Positions 40,300 to 56,040 of a DNA stretch of 64,000 nt are shown one piece after another. The notes under the pieces were generated by a model. The model saw only the letters and a list, made by a program, of their open reading frames with translations, was not told the DNA's origin and did no database searches. This DNA is from Eledone cirrhosa. Lineage: Eukaryota. The DNA is taken from positions 23,064,001 to 23,128,000 of the forward strand of contig OZ024743.1 of NCBI GenBank assembly GCA_964016885.1, written 5' to 3'. The position numbers and the translations under genes are program-made. Every line of letters begins with the position of its first letter. Within the stretch, counting starts at the first letter, position 1.

Positions 40300-40736
40300 C
40301 AGGGGTGGTGAAACGCCCCCCCCCCCCCCCCAATAATTATATAACCAAAACACACATCCATTTGTATATGCGCTACAATTTATGTACATGATATGTTTAT
40401 CGCATAACAAAGTTTTTTTTTTTTCGTATATCTTGGTTGATATTTGATAATTATTTCTATTTTTGGCACAAGGCCAGCAATTATCTACTGGTACTTTATT
40501 TTATTGACCCTGTAAGGATGAAAGGCAAAGTTAAATCCTCAGCAGGATTTGAACTCAGACCGTAAAGGGCCGTAACTCTATGCTGCAAAGCATGGCGTCC
40601 GACCCTCTACCGATACTGCCAATCCACCGCCTGGTTTATATTTGATAACACCTAAACTTATCTCTACAACTAAACTGACCAAATTTGTCCTCCCTCCTCC
40701 CCCCTTGCCAAATCAGAAATGTTTCCACCACCCCTG
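40300..40736. mobile_element. Non-autonomous TIR element with a nested SINE (40449-40632, minus)
   Basis: TIRs caggggtggtgaaac / gtttccaccacccctg; taact duplicated at 40295-40299 and 40737-40741. Confidence 0.7.
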
Positions 40737-41519
40737 TAACTTATTAATATTAGATCTGCTGTCTTCCCTACTACCTCAATCTAAAGTTCAGATTTGTCAA
40801 AACGTATAATCCTATCCACTTTCGCCAACAAACGTAACGCCCCTATATGTTGTTATAATCTATTCTAAATTGTCACTGTTAAGGGGAAATTACTCTTGCA
40901 ATATTTCTCGCTATAATTATTTCACCCTCGTTCGTTCGCAAAATATTTCGTTTAATATTTCTATAAAATTGATGTACATATATTGATCGATACATTTGAG
41001 TGAGACGATTGTTACTTTATAAATATCTAGTAATTCTAGTGTGAACGCTCTTATGTCACTAAAATAATACAAATACAATGTTGGAGGTCGTTTCTTCCAC
41101 TATATTTTTTCTTATTTCTCTCTCTCTCGCTCTCTCTTTTTCTTTCTCTCTCTCTCGCTCTCTCTCTTTGGAAGAAATCAGCTGTGTTGTTCAGACCTGG
41201 AGAGGAAATTGGTTCCGCCAGGTTTATGATGCCCAAGACAGCACCCCAAAAACTTCACCAAGAGTGACGGATCTGCTTTATTACCAACTCCGTTCAAGTA
41301 CTTTCAATTAATTCATATTTCTTCCTCTATATTGTGACCACTCATCAGACCTGGCCATAACCACTACGCCCTGTGGCTACTGTCCCAGCCCAGAGCATCA
41401 TCATCCCCACCCACTGCATCTATTTTTCCTGCATTTGTTTGCAACAATTGAAAGAGATTGTTAGCAACATCGATCTCACCGAACTCAGAGGCATATGCGA
41501 AAGCATTAGGCACAGCTTC

Positions 41520-41573
<54 letters not shown>

Positions 41574-41574
<1 letters not shown>

Positions 41575-42345
41575 TAGCTGCTTAACCCGGTTTTACCCGG
41601 GAGATTTGGTTCACTGATAAGAATTCAACTTCTTTTCTCCACCAAGAAACCAACAAAAATCACAAAAAGAGAACACGAAAAACAAAAAAATATTAAGAAT
41701 AACAAACCGAAATCCTTATAAATTTACTGTCAAATAAGATTGAAAACAAAAATATGAAAACCCCAAAAAAAGAAAAAAATTGAAATCCAAAAAGACAAAA
41801 CACAAACAAAGACAAACATAAAAATCAACCAAATTAATAATCACAAACTTATGTGCATTTATTTGCCTTGCAATTAAAATGGGGCTGGCACAGAAGCGAA
41901 GATCGACATGAAGTCGAACCATGTATGGCACGGAAAAGAAGCTGGCACAGAAGCGAAGATCGACATGAAGTCGAACCGTGTATGGCACGGAAAAGAGGCT
42001 GGCAATGAAGCGAAGATCGACATGAAGTCGAACCGTGTATGGCACGGAAAAGAGGCTGGCAATGAAGCGAAGATCGACATGAAGTCGAACCGTGTATGGC
42101 ACGGAAAAGAGGCTGGCAATGAAGAGCGTTATCATTGTAGAGCCTCTTGGTAGACAACATTCTTAACTTCTCTTTTTGTTGAATAAATGAAGAGTCCCCG
42201 CGGACTTCCTACTCGGCAACGTCCAACGTACAGTTGGCCATGTGAGAATACCTGTTCACTCAGATTCAGTCCAATCACTTGCATCGATTGTCCCTGTGCC
42301 TTGTTGATGGTCATGGCAAAGCTGAGTTTGATGGGATATTGCAAC
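41574..42345 (-). mobile_element. Helitron 3' part: PIF1 helicase C-terminus, 57-bp tandem repeat, hairpin and CTAG end
   Basis: QYPIKLSFAMTINKAQGQS...VFSHGQLYV...KNVVYQEAL; cccgggtaaaaccggg hairpin then CTAG-t; four 57-bp units at 41884-42125; may extend to ~43575. Confidence 0.88.
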
Positions 42346-42962
42346 CGCGTAAATTCGTTGACGACGTCAGATGGATGGTTCTTTTAGAAGAGATAATAGA
42401 GCATTTTCGTTTAGGCATAACTTGTAAAAATGGATGTGAATATTTTTTACAAAAAAGGCGTATTAATTGAAGTAGGGAAACCTGTAGTAGTTTTACACGA
42501 TCGAACAAACCGTAAATGATTTTGAAGTGAAAAACGAACCACCGGAATGCCACCCATTTAAACTGCTTATTGTAGTTAAATAAACTAATGAAATGCAAAG
42601 TATGCTTTATTAAATTGAATGTCTTATTTATGCAGTAGAAGTCTGCTTAGAACGCGCAAAACATCAAATCTCGTAATCGTGCGTTCACGATACTGACGTG
42701 ACGTTGAAAGTAGGCCTTCCCTTTGGCTAGCCGTTTCCTAGTAAAATAAAGACAAAATGGTCTATCTGAACATGTTAAGTATGATCGAGAAAGACAGCAA
42801 ATTTTCTTATTTCCAATTATTTTCATGTACTCTTGCATGAGTTATTGCTAAGTGTTATATCTCAGAGACGGAAATGTTTGTGGAAATCCGAAACACCGGA
42901 ATGCCACCCATTTAAACTGCTTATTGTAGTTAAATAAACTAATGAAATGCAAAGTATGCTTT

Positions 42963-43128
42963 GGGGGATTGGCAGTATCGGTAGGGGGTCGGACGCCATG
43001 CTTTCCAGCATAGTTACGTCCCTTTACGATCTGAGTTCAAATCCCTTTCATCCTTACGGGGTCGATAAAATAAAGTACCAGTAATGCACTGGGTATTTGC
43101 TGGCCTTGTGCCTAAAGTAGAAACAATT
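42963..43128 (+). mobile_element. tRNA-derived SINE with internal deletion
   Basis: Family match. Confidence 0.85.
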
Positions 43129-43567
43129 AATTTGAATGTGTTGTTTATGCAGTAGAAATCTGCTTAGAACTGTATTGTCAAATTAAGAATGAAATAAGTT
43201 ACGAAGAAAACTCACGTGTTATTAAGAGAACAAATTTTGTTATCCAATAACCATGTGTTGAAGTTTCCGTAGAAAAGGTAAAAAGAAAAAAGTGCTGAAA
43301 TTTCAATGGAGAAAACTCTTTTTAAAAAAAAGAAGAGGTTATCTCCCTTTGTTATTTGATCATTGAATTTCTCTCAGTTCAATTTGAATGGGAAATTCCT
43401 GTTTCATCGATTTTCTCCGTAACCATGGGAGCTTCTAGCTTGAAAGTAGACCCAATGCCTCCTCGGGTCATTATGCATAACTGTGTAAATTTTCGCTGCA
43501 TTCCACCAATCCGTTTCGACGTTTATCCGACTAAACCTACATATACAACGTCCGACCACTTCCAATT

Positions 43568-43608
<41 letters not shown>

Positions 43609-43615
<7 letters not shown>

Positions 43616-44359
43616 AATATGGGAAGAAGGATACTGCGTGGTTGCACATGGGTTACATATTATAAAATTAGTCCCTCATCAGTGATTTGCCAACGGTCAT
43701 TGGTATTTCATCGCATTAAAAATCATATACCTCAGGTTGGTGCGAGCAATAACTAAAATAAGCTATTGGGACAAGTGAGTCGCGTAAAGCGAGTGAGACA
43801 AGTAAACAACATAGAAGGAAAAGCAAACCGAAGATAGGAAAAAAACAAGCAACATGGTTATCCGATCAGCATAATCTGGGTGAATTTCATGAGCGTTCAG
43901 AATACTGACCTTTCGCCGTGAATGGGATGTAAGAAAGAAAGAATCCCACTCCTAACGAACGGGAGGAAGTGAGAAGGGGAGAAACAGAGAGTGGGTGAGT
44001 GGAAGTGCGAGGAAGAGGTCAGTCGAGAGAAAGTGTAACTGACAGAGGGGGCGAAATAAGGTAAGAAAACAGAGAGAACGGGGGAGCAGTAAGAAAGAAA
44101 GAGAGAAACAGATAATCGTAGTCTAGGTAAATATGTATGAAAAATATGGGAAGAAGGATATTGCGTGGTTGCACATGGGTTACATATTATAAAATTAGTC
44201 CCTCATCAGTGATTTGCCAACCGTCATTGGTATTTCATCGCATTAAAAATCATATACCTCAGGTTGGTGCGAGCAATAACTAAAATAAGCTATTGGGACA
44301 AGTGAGTCGCGTAAAGCGAGTGAGACAAGTAAACAACATAGAAGGAAAAGCAAACCGAA
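43609..44359 (-). mobile_element. PLE-type partial tandem (two ~222-bp direct repeats, period 527) in (TA)n
   Basis: 43611-43832 repeats at 44138-44359; related to the palindrome at 48356-48668. Confidence 0.65.
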
Positions 44360-44367
44360 TATATATA

Positions 44368-46360
<1,993 letters not shown>

Positions 46361-46501
46361 AGTTTTCTACAAATTGGGAAAATCATATATATACATTTCT
46401 TACCTTTCTTTTATATTCAATTATAATATACGGCTCGGAAAAATCTCTTTCCTAGAGCTATTTTATTGTAAGAGACTATTTTGAGTTTCTATATTGAGTT
46501 T

Positions 46502-46574
<73 letters not shown>

Positions 46575-46726
46575 AGAAAAAAGAGAATCAGTGTTGCGAC
46601 GAAATGAATTTATTGGACATATTACAATTGTTTCTCGGGCGACCAGCTCGAGGTACGATCGATGTGGTGATCAAACCTGACTCTGAAATTGCGTGGTCCT
46701 CGGATCACAACATCGTATATATATAT

Positions 46727-46884
<158 letters not shown>

Positions 46885-47091
46885 TATCAAACGTATATAT
46901 TGGGTTAGAAACTCAAAATAGTCTCATACAATAAAATAGCTCGAGGAAAGAGATTTTTCCGAGCCGTATATTATAATTGAATATAAAAGAAAGGTAAACA
47001 CAAATATATACATATATGTGTTCAAATCGATGGTCCCTTACGATTTGAACACATATATGCATATATCTGTGTTTACCTTTCTTTTATATTC

Positions 47092-47186
<95 letters not shown>

Positions 47187-47189
47187 TAT

Positions 47190-47615
47190 ATAACTTTGAT
47201 AACTTTGATAGGTTTCGGCCAGTATTGGCCCAGGCCATGTCTAACTTAATAGCACCACCTGGCGAAGTCTTACAAATCAGGGTTTAGGCACCATGGCCCA
47301 CTCGAGCAGAGAGTTATTGTTTACGGAGGCATATCTGGGTGTAGGAGGCTTATCCGGGATTTCTTGAAGGAATTTCTACAAAGTCTTCTTGAACTTGATG
47401 GGGTCTGTTTCTGTTTTTATGTCTTTTGGTGTAATGTTAAAGAGAGCAGGGCCAATTGAGGTGAAATAATTGTGCCGTATTGTTGTTATGAGATGCGAGT
47501 GAGATTTTTGTCGTGGGCGGATAGCACGGGGCCCAAGCCTTGGGTGTACATTAAAGGTGATGCCAATATCATTTGGGCAAAGCTGATGGAATATTTTCCA
47601 CATCATGCAGATATA
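47190..47615 (-). mobile_element. CR1/L2-group LINE 3' end
   Basis: WKIFHQLCPN...HPRLG...FTSIGPALFNITPKDIK...FKKTL*KFLQEIPDKP...NNSLLEW; short repeated tail (tatcaaagt)2. Confidence 0.78.
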
Positions 47616-48154
47616 TATATATCACGTTGCTCCAGTTTACTCAGCTGTAGAGATGAGTTGCGACGTCACTGGTGCCAAGCTGTATCGGTCATTGGCTTTC
47701 CATTGGACAACATCAGTGGCGTGGAGAGGGGAGACTGGTATGCATGGGCGACTGTTGGTCTCCCACAAATAAAAACCTTGCCCAGGCTTGTGCCTCGGAG
47801 GGAAACTTTCTAGGTGCAAAACCATGGTCATTCGTGACAGAATGGGGCCAAAAAGAAATATATATATATATCAAACATATGAAACAATCACAGGGGATTT
47901 TGAAGTTCGAGTTAAACTTTGTTTGGTTACCTACATAGCTATGTGGGCTTACACACTTTTACAAATTATCCCCTGTGATTGTTTCATATGTTTATCAATT
48001 ATATGTCAATCAATTTCTAGTTGATATAAAATGCTCGGATCTATTCATTGGAATCTTGGAGCATATTTTACGGGTGATATGGCGCATGTATATCTGACAT
48101 GACACCCTTAATTTAACTTAATTTTGGATATATATATAATATATATAGATATAT

Positions 48155-48311
48155 ATAGGAAAATGTATGACCCGACGGCAGAGCTCAAGCCGTTTCGACG
48201 TCGAAACGGCTTGAGCTCTGCCGTTGGGGTCATACTTTTTCCTATTTCCCACTCTACTATCCTAAGTATTGAGTACTCTGGTCCATCTGGTTCCTTACCA
48301 CAATTCCTTCG

Positions 48312-48314
<3 letters not shown>
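48155..48314 (+). mobile_element. Miniature fold-back copy of the PLE terminus (12001-15339 family)
   Basis: Palindrome centred on tttcgacgtcgaaa, then the family tail into (TA)n. Confidence 0.85.
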
Positions 48315-48355
<41 letters not shown>

Positions 48356-48359
<4 letters not shown>

Positions 48360-48668
48360 ATAAACGTGCTGCGTGGTTGCTAATGGGTTACATATGAATA
48401 AAGTTAGTCCTTCATCAGTGATCTTCCAACCATCATTGGTATTTCATCGCTTTAAAGACCATATACCTCCGGTTGGTGCGAGCAACGGCTAAAAAAAGTC
48501 GTTGGGACACGTAAATAAAGGGGACACGAGAGTTGTCCCCTTTATTTACGTGTCCCAACGACTTTTTTTAGCCGTTGCTCGCACCAACCGGAGGTATATG
48601 GTCTTTAAAGCGATGAAATACCAATGATGGTTGGAAGATCACTGATGAAGGACTAACTTTATTCATAT
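48356..48668. repeat. Near-perfect ~135-bp inverted repeat with a short loop, in (TA)n
   Basis: ~48392-48525 versus ~48535-48668; homologous to 43611-43800. Confidence 0.9.
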
Positions 48669-48887
48669 ATATATATATATATTAGAAAGTGGGTTTTTTT
48701 TACAAAATGAAAAATAACCGAGGTGTCCTACACGAGTGAAAGTATAAAGAAAAAAAGATGAAATCGAAATTGCAACTGGAGTCTTATTTAAAAAATATAT
48801 ATATATATTTATTTGGTTCCTTTACCAGTTTCGCAGTTCTTCTGCTTTTCAAAAGTAGAGTTGAGATGGAGGGTCTTTTGTTTTTCT

Positions 48888-48965
<78 letters not shown>

Positions 48966-49627
48966 CCCCACCTTCACCACTAATTGATTTGACAGATGTC
49001 TTTAACCCATTGATACCAAATATTATTTGGTCAATAGTTTCAAATCCCGCCGAGGTTAACTTTGCCTTTCATCCTTACGGGGCCGATAAATAAAGTACCA
49101 GTCACGCACTGGGGTCGACTTAATCGACTTTCCCCTCCCCCAAAAATTGCTGGCCTTGTGCCTATATAAGAAACCATTATTTGGTCAGTAGTTCGTGTGA
49201 AAGTATATAAATATAAATATATATGCTTGTGTGTCTGTGTCTATATATGTATATTTGCCTGCATGAATGAATACACTAAGCTTTACATTTAATAGAATGT
49301 GCAACCACTGATTCCAGCTATTTGCACTATCTTATATTTTGGTTTCTAGTAATTCCCTGGGGAATTGCTTAATTGTTTTATTTATTTTAAAAATAATTTT
49401 ATTCTTTCTCTTAGATTTCAGGTATTTTTTGAAAGCAAAGCATTGACCCCTATTTTACAACAGTGGGCCCTGCAATGCTACTGTGGGCTCTTGCAATGCT
49501 ACCGTGGCAACAGCATAGGGCAGTGAATTGGCATTATAATTAGAACGTCGGAGGAAATGCTTTGTAGCATTTGTCCGGCTCTTTTCATCCTAAATTCAAA
49601 TCCCGCCGAAATCAACTTTGCCTTTCA

Positions 49628-49797
49628 CAAACCTGCCAACCTCTAAAAACCCAAACGGGAAGTACATTGAAAAAAGTGCCCCAAAACGTGGAGAAATGAG
49701 GCAAAATAGGTCGCTTTTACATAATGAAAGCTATACCCATTTTTACAAGCGAATTTATCTCTCACCCACCCCAAAGTGGGGAGAGTTGACAGGTCTG
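49628..49797. mobile_element. MITE (CAGACCTG(C/T)CAAC termini) inserted in a SINE
   Basis: TSD ctttca (49622-49627/49798-49803) splits the SINE core. Confidence 0.8.
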
Positions 49798-50084
49798 CTT
49801 TCATCATTTCGGTGTCGATAAAATAAAGTACCGTTCAAATACTGTGGTCAATTACATTGACATTCCCCTCTTCACAAAATTGTATTTTAGCTCTTGCAAA
49901 TTTCGATAACCACCTGGCTTTAAGTATGGAAAAGTTTCAACTTTATGTACATAGACTTGTATGTATTAATTGTTAGCATCGTTTTAAACCCGTGGGATAA
50001 TAAAAGACTCTTTATTCGCTTTCTTTTTTTTTCTTTTTTTTAGATTGACTTGCTTTGACTTCTCTTGTACTTTTTACAACATAT

Positions 50085-50411
50085 CAGACCTGTCAACTCT
50101 CCCCGTCGGACGGGGAGATCTCCCACCCACTTTGGGATGGGTGAGAGATATATTCGCTTGTAAAAATGGTTATAGCTTTCATTATGTAAAAGCGACCCCT
50201 GAGTTCAAATCCCGCCGAGGTTAACTTTGCCTTTCATCCCTACGGGGTCGATAAAATAAAGTACCAGTAATACACTGGGATAATTTCTGGCCTTGTGCCA
50301 AAAGTAGAAACAATTATGTAAAAGCGACCCATTTTGCCTCATTTCTTCCCGGTTTGGGGCACTTCTTTTTATGGTACTCCCCGTTTGGGCTTTTAGGGGT
50401 CGGCAGGTCTG
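50085..50411. mobile_element. Same MITE family with a nested 5'-truncated SINE (50199-50312)
   Basis: TIRs cagacctgtcaac / gtcggcaggtctg; SINE TSD attatgtaaaagcgaccc (50181-50198/50313-50330). Confidence 0.82.
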
Positions 50412-50849
50412 ACATGACAAAACAGGAATACGCGCCTCAAAAGAAAATTCAAATATCTCTGCAAAAACAGGAAAGATCGAGAAACACAAATGTTTCGCAC
50501 AAATACACGTTCTTTTTGACAGAAAAATAATTGAACTGTTTTTCTTTGCACCGAAAAGGGAATTGATGCCTTACTGGACAACAACAATAGCAAAAACAAC
50601 ACTTACTAATACACATGCTCTTTCCAGCGGTATTACTTCAAATAGGGAGTTTACTAATATGGACAAAACTCGAGTTATGATAATGTTGCGTCAGTAGCAT
50701 TTCTTCTGGATCGGAAAAAGAGAAAGTTAACGTGTTTATTCATCACTAATAGCAGTTGAAGGGTGGCTCTAAATGATGATCGAGGTAGAGGCGGAATATC
50801 ATGTGGAAATAATAATCAAAGTGCCTAATTATCGACTCATATTTCAATA

Positions 50850-51335
50850 TAATAATAATGAAATTATTGTGTACAGTGCTCAGGTGCACTACAGCTCATC
50901 AAAGGTGCATGTATTGTACAAAGAATAATGTTCAAATGTCATGAAAATGAACAGTGTAGGAGTCATGAAATAGATGTTTGCGTGTGTATGGAAGGGGGAC
51001 ATCAAGTGCAGTGTTGGTGAATCTCAGGAAGCATGGAGGTTTTAAAGGATGCTGTGACTCGACACCTAACAACTGATGCAGGTAGTTTGTTCAATGCTTC
51101 GGCAACTCTGAGCGTGAAAAAATGTTTCCGAAAGTCGTGGGAGCTGTGCTGTTTTCTGACTTTGTGGGCATTCCCACGTGTGTTAGGCACATGTATATCA
51201 AAAAGGTGCTCGGGGCTGTTGTTGGCAAGATGGTTAATAATTGTGTGGGTGTTTACTAAGTCAGTTGCCAGACATCGGAGCTTCAATGTATCCATGCCCA
51301 GGGAAGCAAGCCATTCAGAGTATGGTACAAGACAA
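50850..51335 (-). mobile_element. CR1-like LINE 3' end
   Basis: PYSEWLASLGMDTLKLR...TRGNAHK...RKHFFTLRVAEALNKLPASVV...SFK; (TTA)n tail. Confidence 0.85.
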
Positions 51336-51443
51336 AAATGATGGGTATGGCATTGATAGCGATATTAGTTTGTTCTTTACTTCTGTGAACCAATGAGTGG
51401 TTGATAAACGGAAAGACATGAAAAGTAACAAGTGGTCAGGATG

Positions 51444-51613
51444 CAGACCTAACAATTCTCCTCGTCCGACGGGGAGATCTCCCACACACTTTGTGAAAAT
51501 GGGTATAGCGTTCATTATGTAAAATCTCCCCATTTTGCCTCATTTTTTCCCGCTTGGGGGCACTTTTTTTTCATAGTAGTCTCCGTTTGGGTTTTTAAAG
51601 GTTGGTAGATCTG
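51444..51613. mobile_element. Same MITE family (diverged)
   Basis: Shared internal sequence; flanks caggatg / cgggatg. Confidence 0.7.
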
Positions 51614-51950
51614 CGGGATGGGTCAATACAGACTTCAAGACATGAAGCCATTTCTGAGCTATGCCTCGTTATGGGCGCAGCTACTAAAGCGATGAGAGTA
51701 GAAGACGTAACTGTTATATCTGTTGAAGCAAATGCCACTTCTTAGCTTGCTTCTTCGTGAAGTTAAATAAAGAACGACATCAATTGCAAGTTCAAGAGGT
51801 TACTGTTCCAACAGTACTGTTGGCTGTAATTCAGGTTTGACGGAAGAGATCACCTCCTCCTCGGTCCCAGAGTCTGACCAGTATGTCGATGTTTCTTCTA
51901 GTTCGGTTGTATGTAACCAATAGTGACAATGGGAATGGAATGAGAGAAAA

Positions 51951-52150
51951 GGGCGGTGGATTGGCAGTATCGGTAGAGGGTTGGACGCCATGCTTTGCAG
52001 CATAGAGTTACGGCCCTTTATGATCTGAGTTCAAATCCAGCCGAGGTTAACTTTGACTTTCATCCTTACGGGGTCGATAAGATAAAGTACCAGTCACGCA
52101 CTGGGGTCGATTTAATCGACTTTCGTCTCCGCCAAAATTGCTGACCTTGT
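51951..52150 (+). mobile_element. tRNA-derived SINE, long-tail subfamily
   Basis: Extra ggggtcgatttaatcgactttc segment before the tail; a tandem diverged copy follows at ~52190-52405. Confidence 0.85.
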
Positions 52151-52837
52151 GCCTATATAAGAAACAATTATTATTATCGACAGGGAGAGAGTGGGGGATG
52201 ACAGTATCGGTAGAGAGTCAAGCAGCATGTTTGTGGCATAGTGTTACGGCCTTTAAGTTCTGAGTTCAAATCCCGCTGAGGTTAACTTTGCATTTTATCC
52301 TTACGGGTTCCTTAAAATAATTACCAATAACACACGGGGTCGATTAAATCGACTTTCCCTTTCCCTTCAAATTGCTGGCTTTGTGACTAAAGTAGAAATA
52401 TTATTATCGACAGGAAGTCTACAAGAAAATATTAAAATCCAATACGATTGAGTATCGCATATGTAATGTTGTGAGTGGAATAACTTCGATTAACTGAGAT
52501 TATCAAAGCAATTAGTAGAAAGAAATCTCTCGATTAGTGATTAAAATCTAAAAACAACGAGAAAGAGATAACTTCAATAAAATCAATTGATAAAACAAGT
52601 TTGGACATTGCAGACAGTGAATATTGGAGTGTATATGGCCTTTAAGGTAACTTGATATGTTTCAGTCTTATAAGATCCCCTTAGCCAAGCATATTTTACT
52701 CAGCAAGATTGATCAGTATATAACAGAAACAGGGAATGTAATGACGTTGATTATAAATATCTGCAATGTATATGATGAGAAATATTATTATTGTCAAGGA
52801 CAATAAAGTGCCGAATAGGACGACTGTCCGCAACCCC

Positions 52838-52898
<61 letters not shown>

Positions 52899-53044
52899 TG
52901 AGTTGAGCTAAATCAAAGAGTATAAACATAAAACAAGAAACAACACTCACACACACACTTTCAAAACGAAATTCCCAAATACCCAAATTCATATTCTGAA
53001 CTAAACATGTCTAATGTTCATTAATTTATTAGTGTAATTTATAA

Positions 53045-53230
53045 GGGTGGTGGATTGGCAGTATCGGTAGAGGGTCGGACGCCATGCTTTCCAGCATAGT
53101 TACGTCCCTTTACGATCTGAGTTCAAATCCCGCCGAGGTTGACTTTGCCTTTCATCCTTACGGGGTCGATAAAATAAAGTACCAGTAATGCACTGGGTAA
53201 TTGCTGGCCTTGTGCCTAAAGTAGAAACAA
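53045..53230 (+). mobile_element. tRNA-derived SINE
   Basis: Full length; attaatttattagtgta duplicated on both sides. Confidence 0.9.
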
Positions 53231-53285
53231 TTAATTTATTAGTGTACCAGTTCTCACATCCTTGCATCAATCAATTCGTTGTAAT

Positions 53286-53323
<38 letters not shown>

Positions 53324-54077
53324 TTACTCATAATATAAAGCAGTGCCATACACGACACCATACGTCTTCATTTTATGGTTGTTATCCTTGAAACCTATCT
53401 AAATCACAGTGGATGATCATCTACTGTTAAAGTTGCTGCATTCGAGCCCATCTAGTATTGTACCCGTTCCAAAACACTATTATTATTGGCACCGACCCGA
53501 CCCAGTCTACATGCATGCTTCTGGTATTTACATGTGTCTAATATGTCTGTCTTTAGTAACATCCGTCGCAGAGTTAGTATCAACAGTAGCATTAGTTTGG
53601 CAATATTCCAACCTCCCCATCATGTCAGGTGTAAGCAGTTATCTGTCATTAAAGCGTTAAAATAAAAATATTGGAATAGCTGAATAAGTTGCGGCCTTGC
53701 GGCGGCTGCAGTATGAACTTACTAAACCTACGCCAAGTACTCCACTACATTTTAATATACGTCTCGACAGAATGATGGCGATGCTGAATGCACCACTGGT
53801 TTCCTTGGTGAGTATCCAGTGGTTTGATCAAATCAACGTCATACTCGCTAAATTAACGTGTATGTAGTTTAAGTAATCTACAGGGACATGTACTTTTAAC
53901 CTAAGAACAAAGCGTGACAATATGTTACAAAGCTGATCCTTTGAATTGCAATTACACTCCATGATAAAGTCACATGTATAACCATGTCACAAAAATATAC
54001 ATCATGCAATAAAGCAATTATATATATATAAACACTGTACGAAGCCGAATTTTCGGCTTTTATACATACATACATAA

Positions 54078-54117
<40 letters not shown>

Positions 54118-54121
<4 letters not shown>

Positions 54122-54477
54122 ATAATAATAAATTTGAAGATTAAAATCCAAAGATGGCTCGATAAGGATAAATATATATCAGATATATAAGAACCGTAGA
54201 GTAAATATTTATTAAAATAACAGATTAATGTTTAAGCAAAGAATCGCTGCTTTCACCCTTAACGGGATCTTCTGAAACTAAAAAAGTCAATCTGTGAACG
54301 CAGAAGTAAATATTTCAAAAAACGTTGCAACCGAAGGAAGATAGTAAGACGATACTTTGGTTCGTGGAAACGTTCCCTGCCAAAGTATTGTCTGCGTTCA
54401 CAGATTGACTATTTTAGTTTCAGAAGATCCCGTTAAGGGTGAAAGCAGCGATTCTTTGCTTAAACTTTAATCTGTTA

Positions 54478-54485
<8 letters not shown>
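54118..54485 (-). mobile_element. Fold-back copy of the CAGAAGA-hammerhead family
   Basis: ~54210-54304 is inverted at ~54391-54485; long tail to 54118; TA flanks. Confidence 0.82.
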
Positions 54486-54543
<58 letters not shown>

Positions 54544-54820
54544 TAATTGAATATAAAAGAGAGATAAACACAGATATATACATATATGTGTTCAAATCGT
54601 AAGCGACCAGAATCGCCAAGGTAACAAACCCAATTGTTTATAGTTAGTATTTTTTTCACCCTAGCGAATCTGGTCCCTTACGATGTGAACACATATATGT
54701 ATATATCTATGTTTACCTCTCTTTTATATTCAATTATATTATACGACCCGGAAAAATTTCTTTCTTTGAGCTTTGATATATACATACACACCCTTTGAAC
54801 TCTGTTCCCACACACTTCTC

Positions 54821-54852
54821 ACCTGAGGAAGGGCTTATGCCCGAAACGTCGT
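54821..54852 (+). ncRNA. Ultra-minimal hammerhead-like motif
   Basis: ac-CTGAGGA-agggcttatgccc-GAAAC-GTC-gt; tail resembles that following 35160. Confidence 0.65.
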
Positions 54853-54940
54853 TCCCCACCAACACCCCACTCTCCAGAGCGTGAAATTAATAAACATTCG
54901 TTGTACTGCCTCTCTGTTTTGTTCCTGTTCAAATGTTTCC

Positions 54941-55016
<76 letters not shown>

Positions 55017-55042
55017 CAAAAGATGGTTAAAAGAGTTCCATG

Positions 55043-55113
55043 TATTTTATTATGCGCATTTCAAAAACAAATATCATCAAGCAATAACATTTGTGTTTTC
55101 ATCAGATAAAATA
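55043..55113 (-). ncRNA. Type I hammerhead ribozyme
   Basis: tattttat-CTGATGA-aaacacaaatgttat..atgatatttgttttt-GAAA-tgcgca-TA-ataaaata: 8-bp stem I, palindromic ATGCGCAT stem III, AUA triplet. Confidence 0.87.
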
Positions 55114-56040
55114 GGAAGACATGATATGACGGTTAAAAATACTTGTGGATAGTGCAGTTTTAAATCAACATATGAAAAGTAGTTTTAGATTGATGTGTGA
55201 TATTGGGGAAAACAATTTTTTTAGGAGGGTGGAGGTTGGAAAGGATGAAAAAGAGGAGGAGATGAGAGTAAAAAGTGGAGGGGGAGGAGTTTAATGAGGA
55301 AGGATGAGATAGGAGGAGAGATGGGTGATAGAGAGAGAGAGATAGCTTTTATAACTGAGAAAAATATATTCTTTTACATAGAGATGTTGAAAAACCGTTG
55401 GAAGATAATGTATAAATTAAAAGAATTTGAAAATTAACGAAGAGAAAAATAATGTAAAGTTAAGGTTTGTATATTGAAGGGTTTAATAATATGTGCGATG
55501 AAAAGAAATTGTTAATATGTATTAAGAATAATATTTAAGGGTTTAATAATATGTGCGATGGAAAGAAAATGTTAATATGTATTAAGAATAATATTTAAGG
55601 GTTTAATAATATGTGCGATGGAAAGAAAATGTTGATATGCATTATTAAAAAAACAAAAGTAATGTAAGTAAGGATATATCGAGAAAAAAATAATGAATAG
55701 AGGATGAATAATCTAACGTCAAAAAAAATGTTTATGTTTACGAAGGATTTTTTCAAGGTGATATAAAGTAAGAATATATTGTATTGTGTAATAATTGTTT
55801 CTATGTTAGGCACAGTGAGAAAAGGTACAGATTAGGGGTTAGAAATTAAAAGAAAAAGAAAAGAAAAGGAAAAGGAAGAAAAGGAAGTGATAAATAGGAG
55901 TGATATAGAATGAGTGACAAGTATTATATAATGTATAATAAATAACTTTGAAATAAGGTAGAAAGATGGGTATATTTTTAAAGAAGTATATATATATATG
56001 CCTTTGAGAAAAGGATTCTGAATTGATAAAGTTTAGGATA

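Noticed and set aside
41165-41520. Possible host exon after a pyrimidine tract
   Set aside because: No recognisable protein or partner exons; unsupported without RNA-seq.
47195-47240. GAAAC-containing hairpin as a hammerhead half
   Set aside because: It is the 3' stem-loop and tail of a CR1-like LINE, with no CUGANGA upstream.
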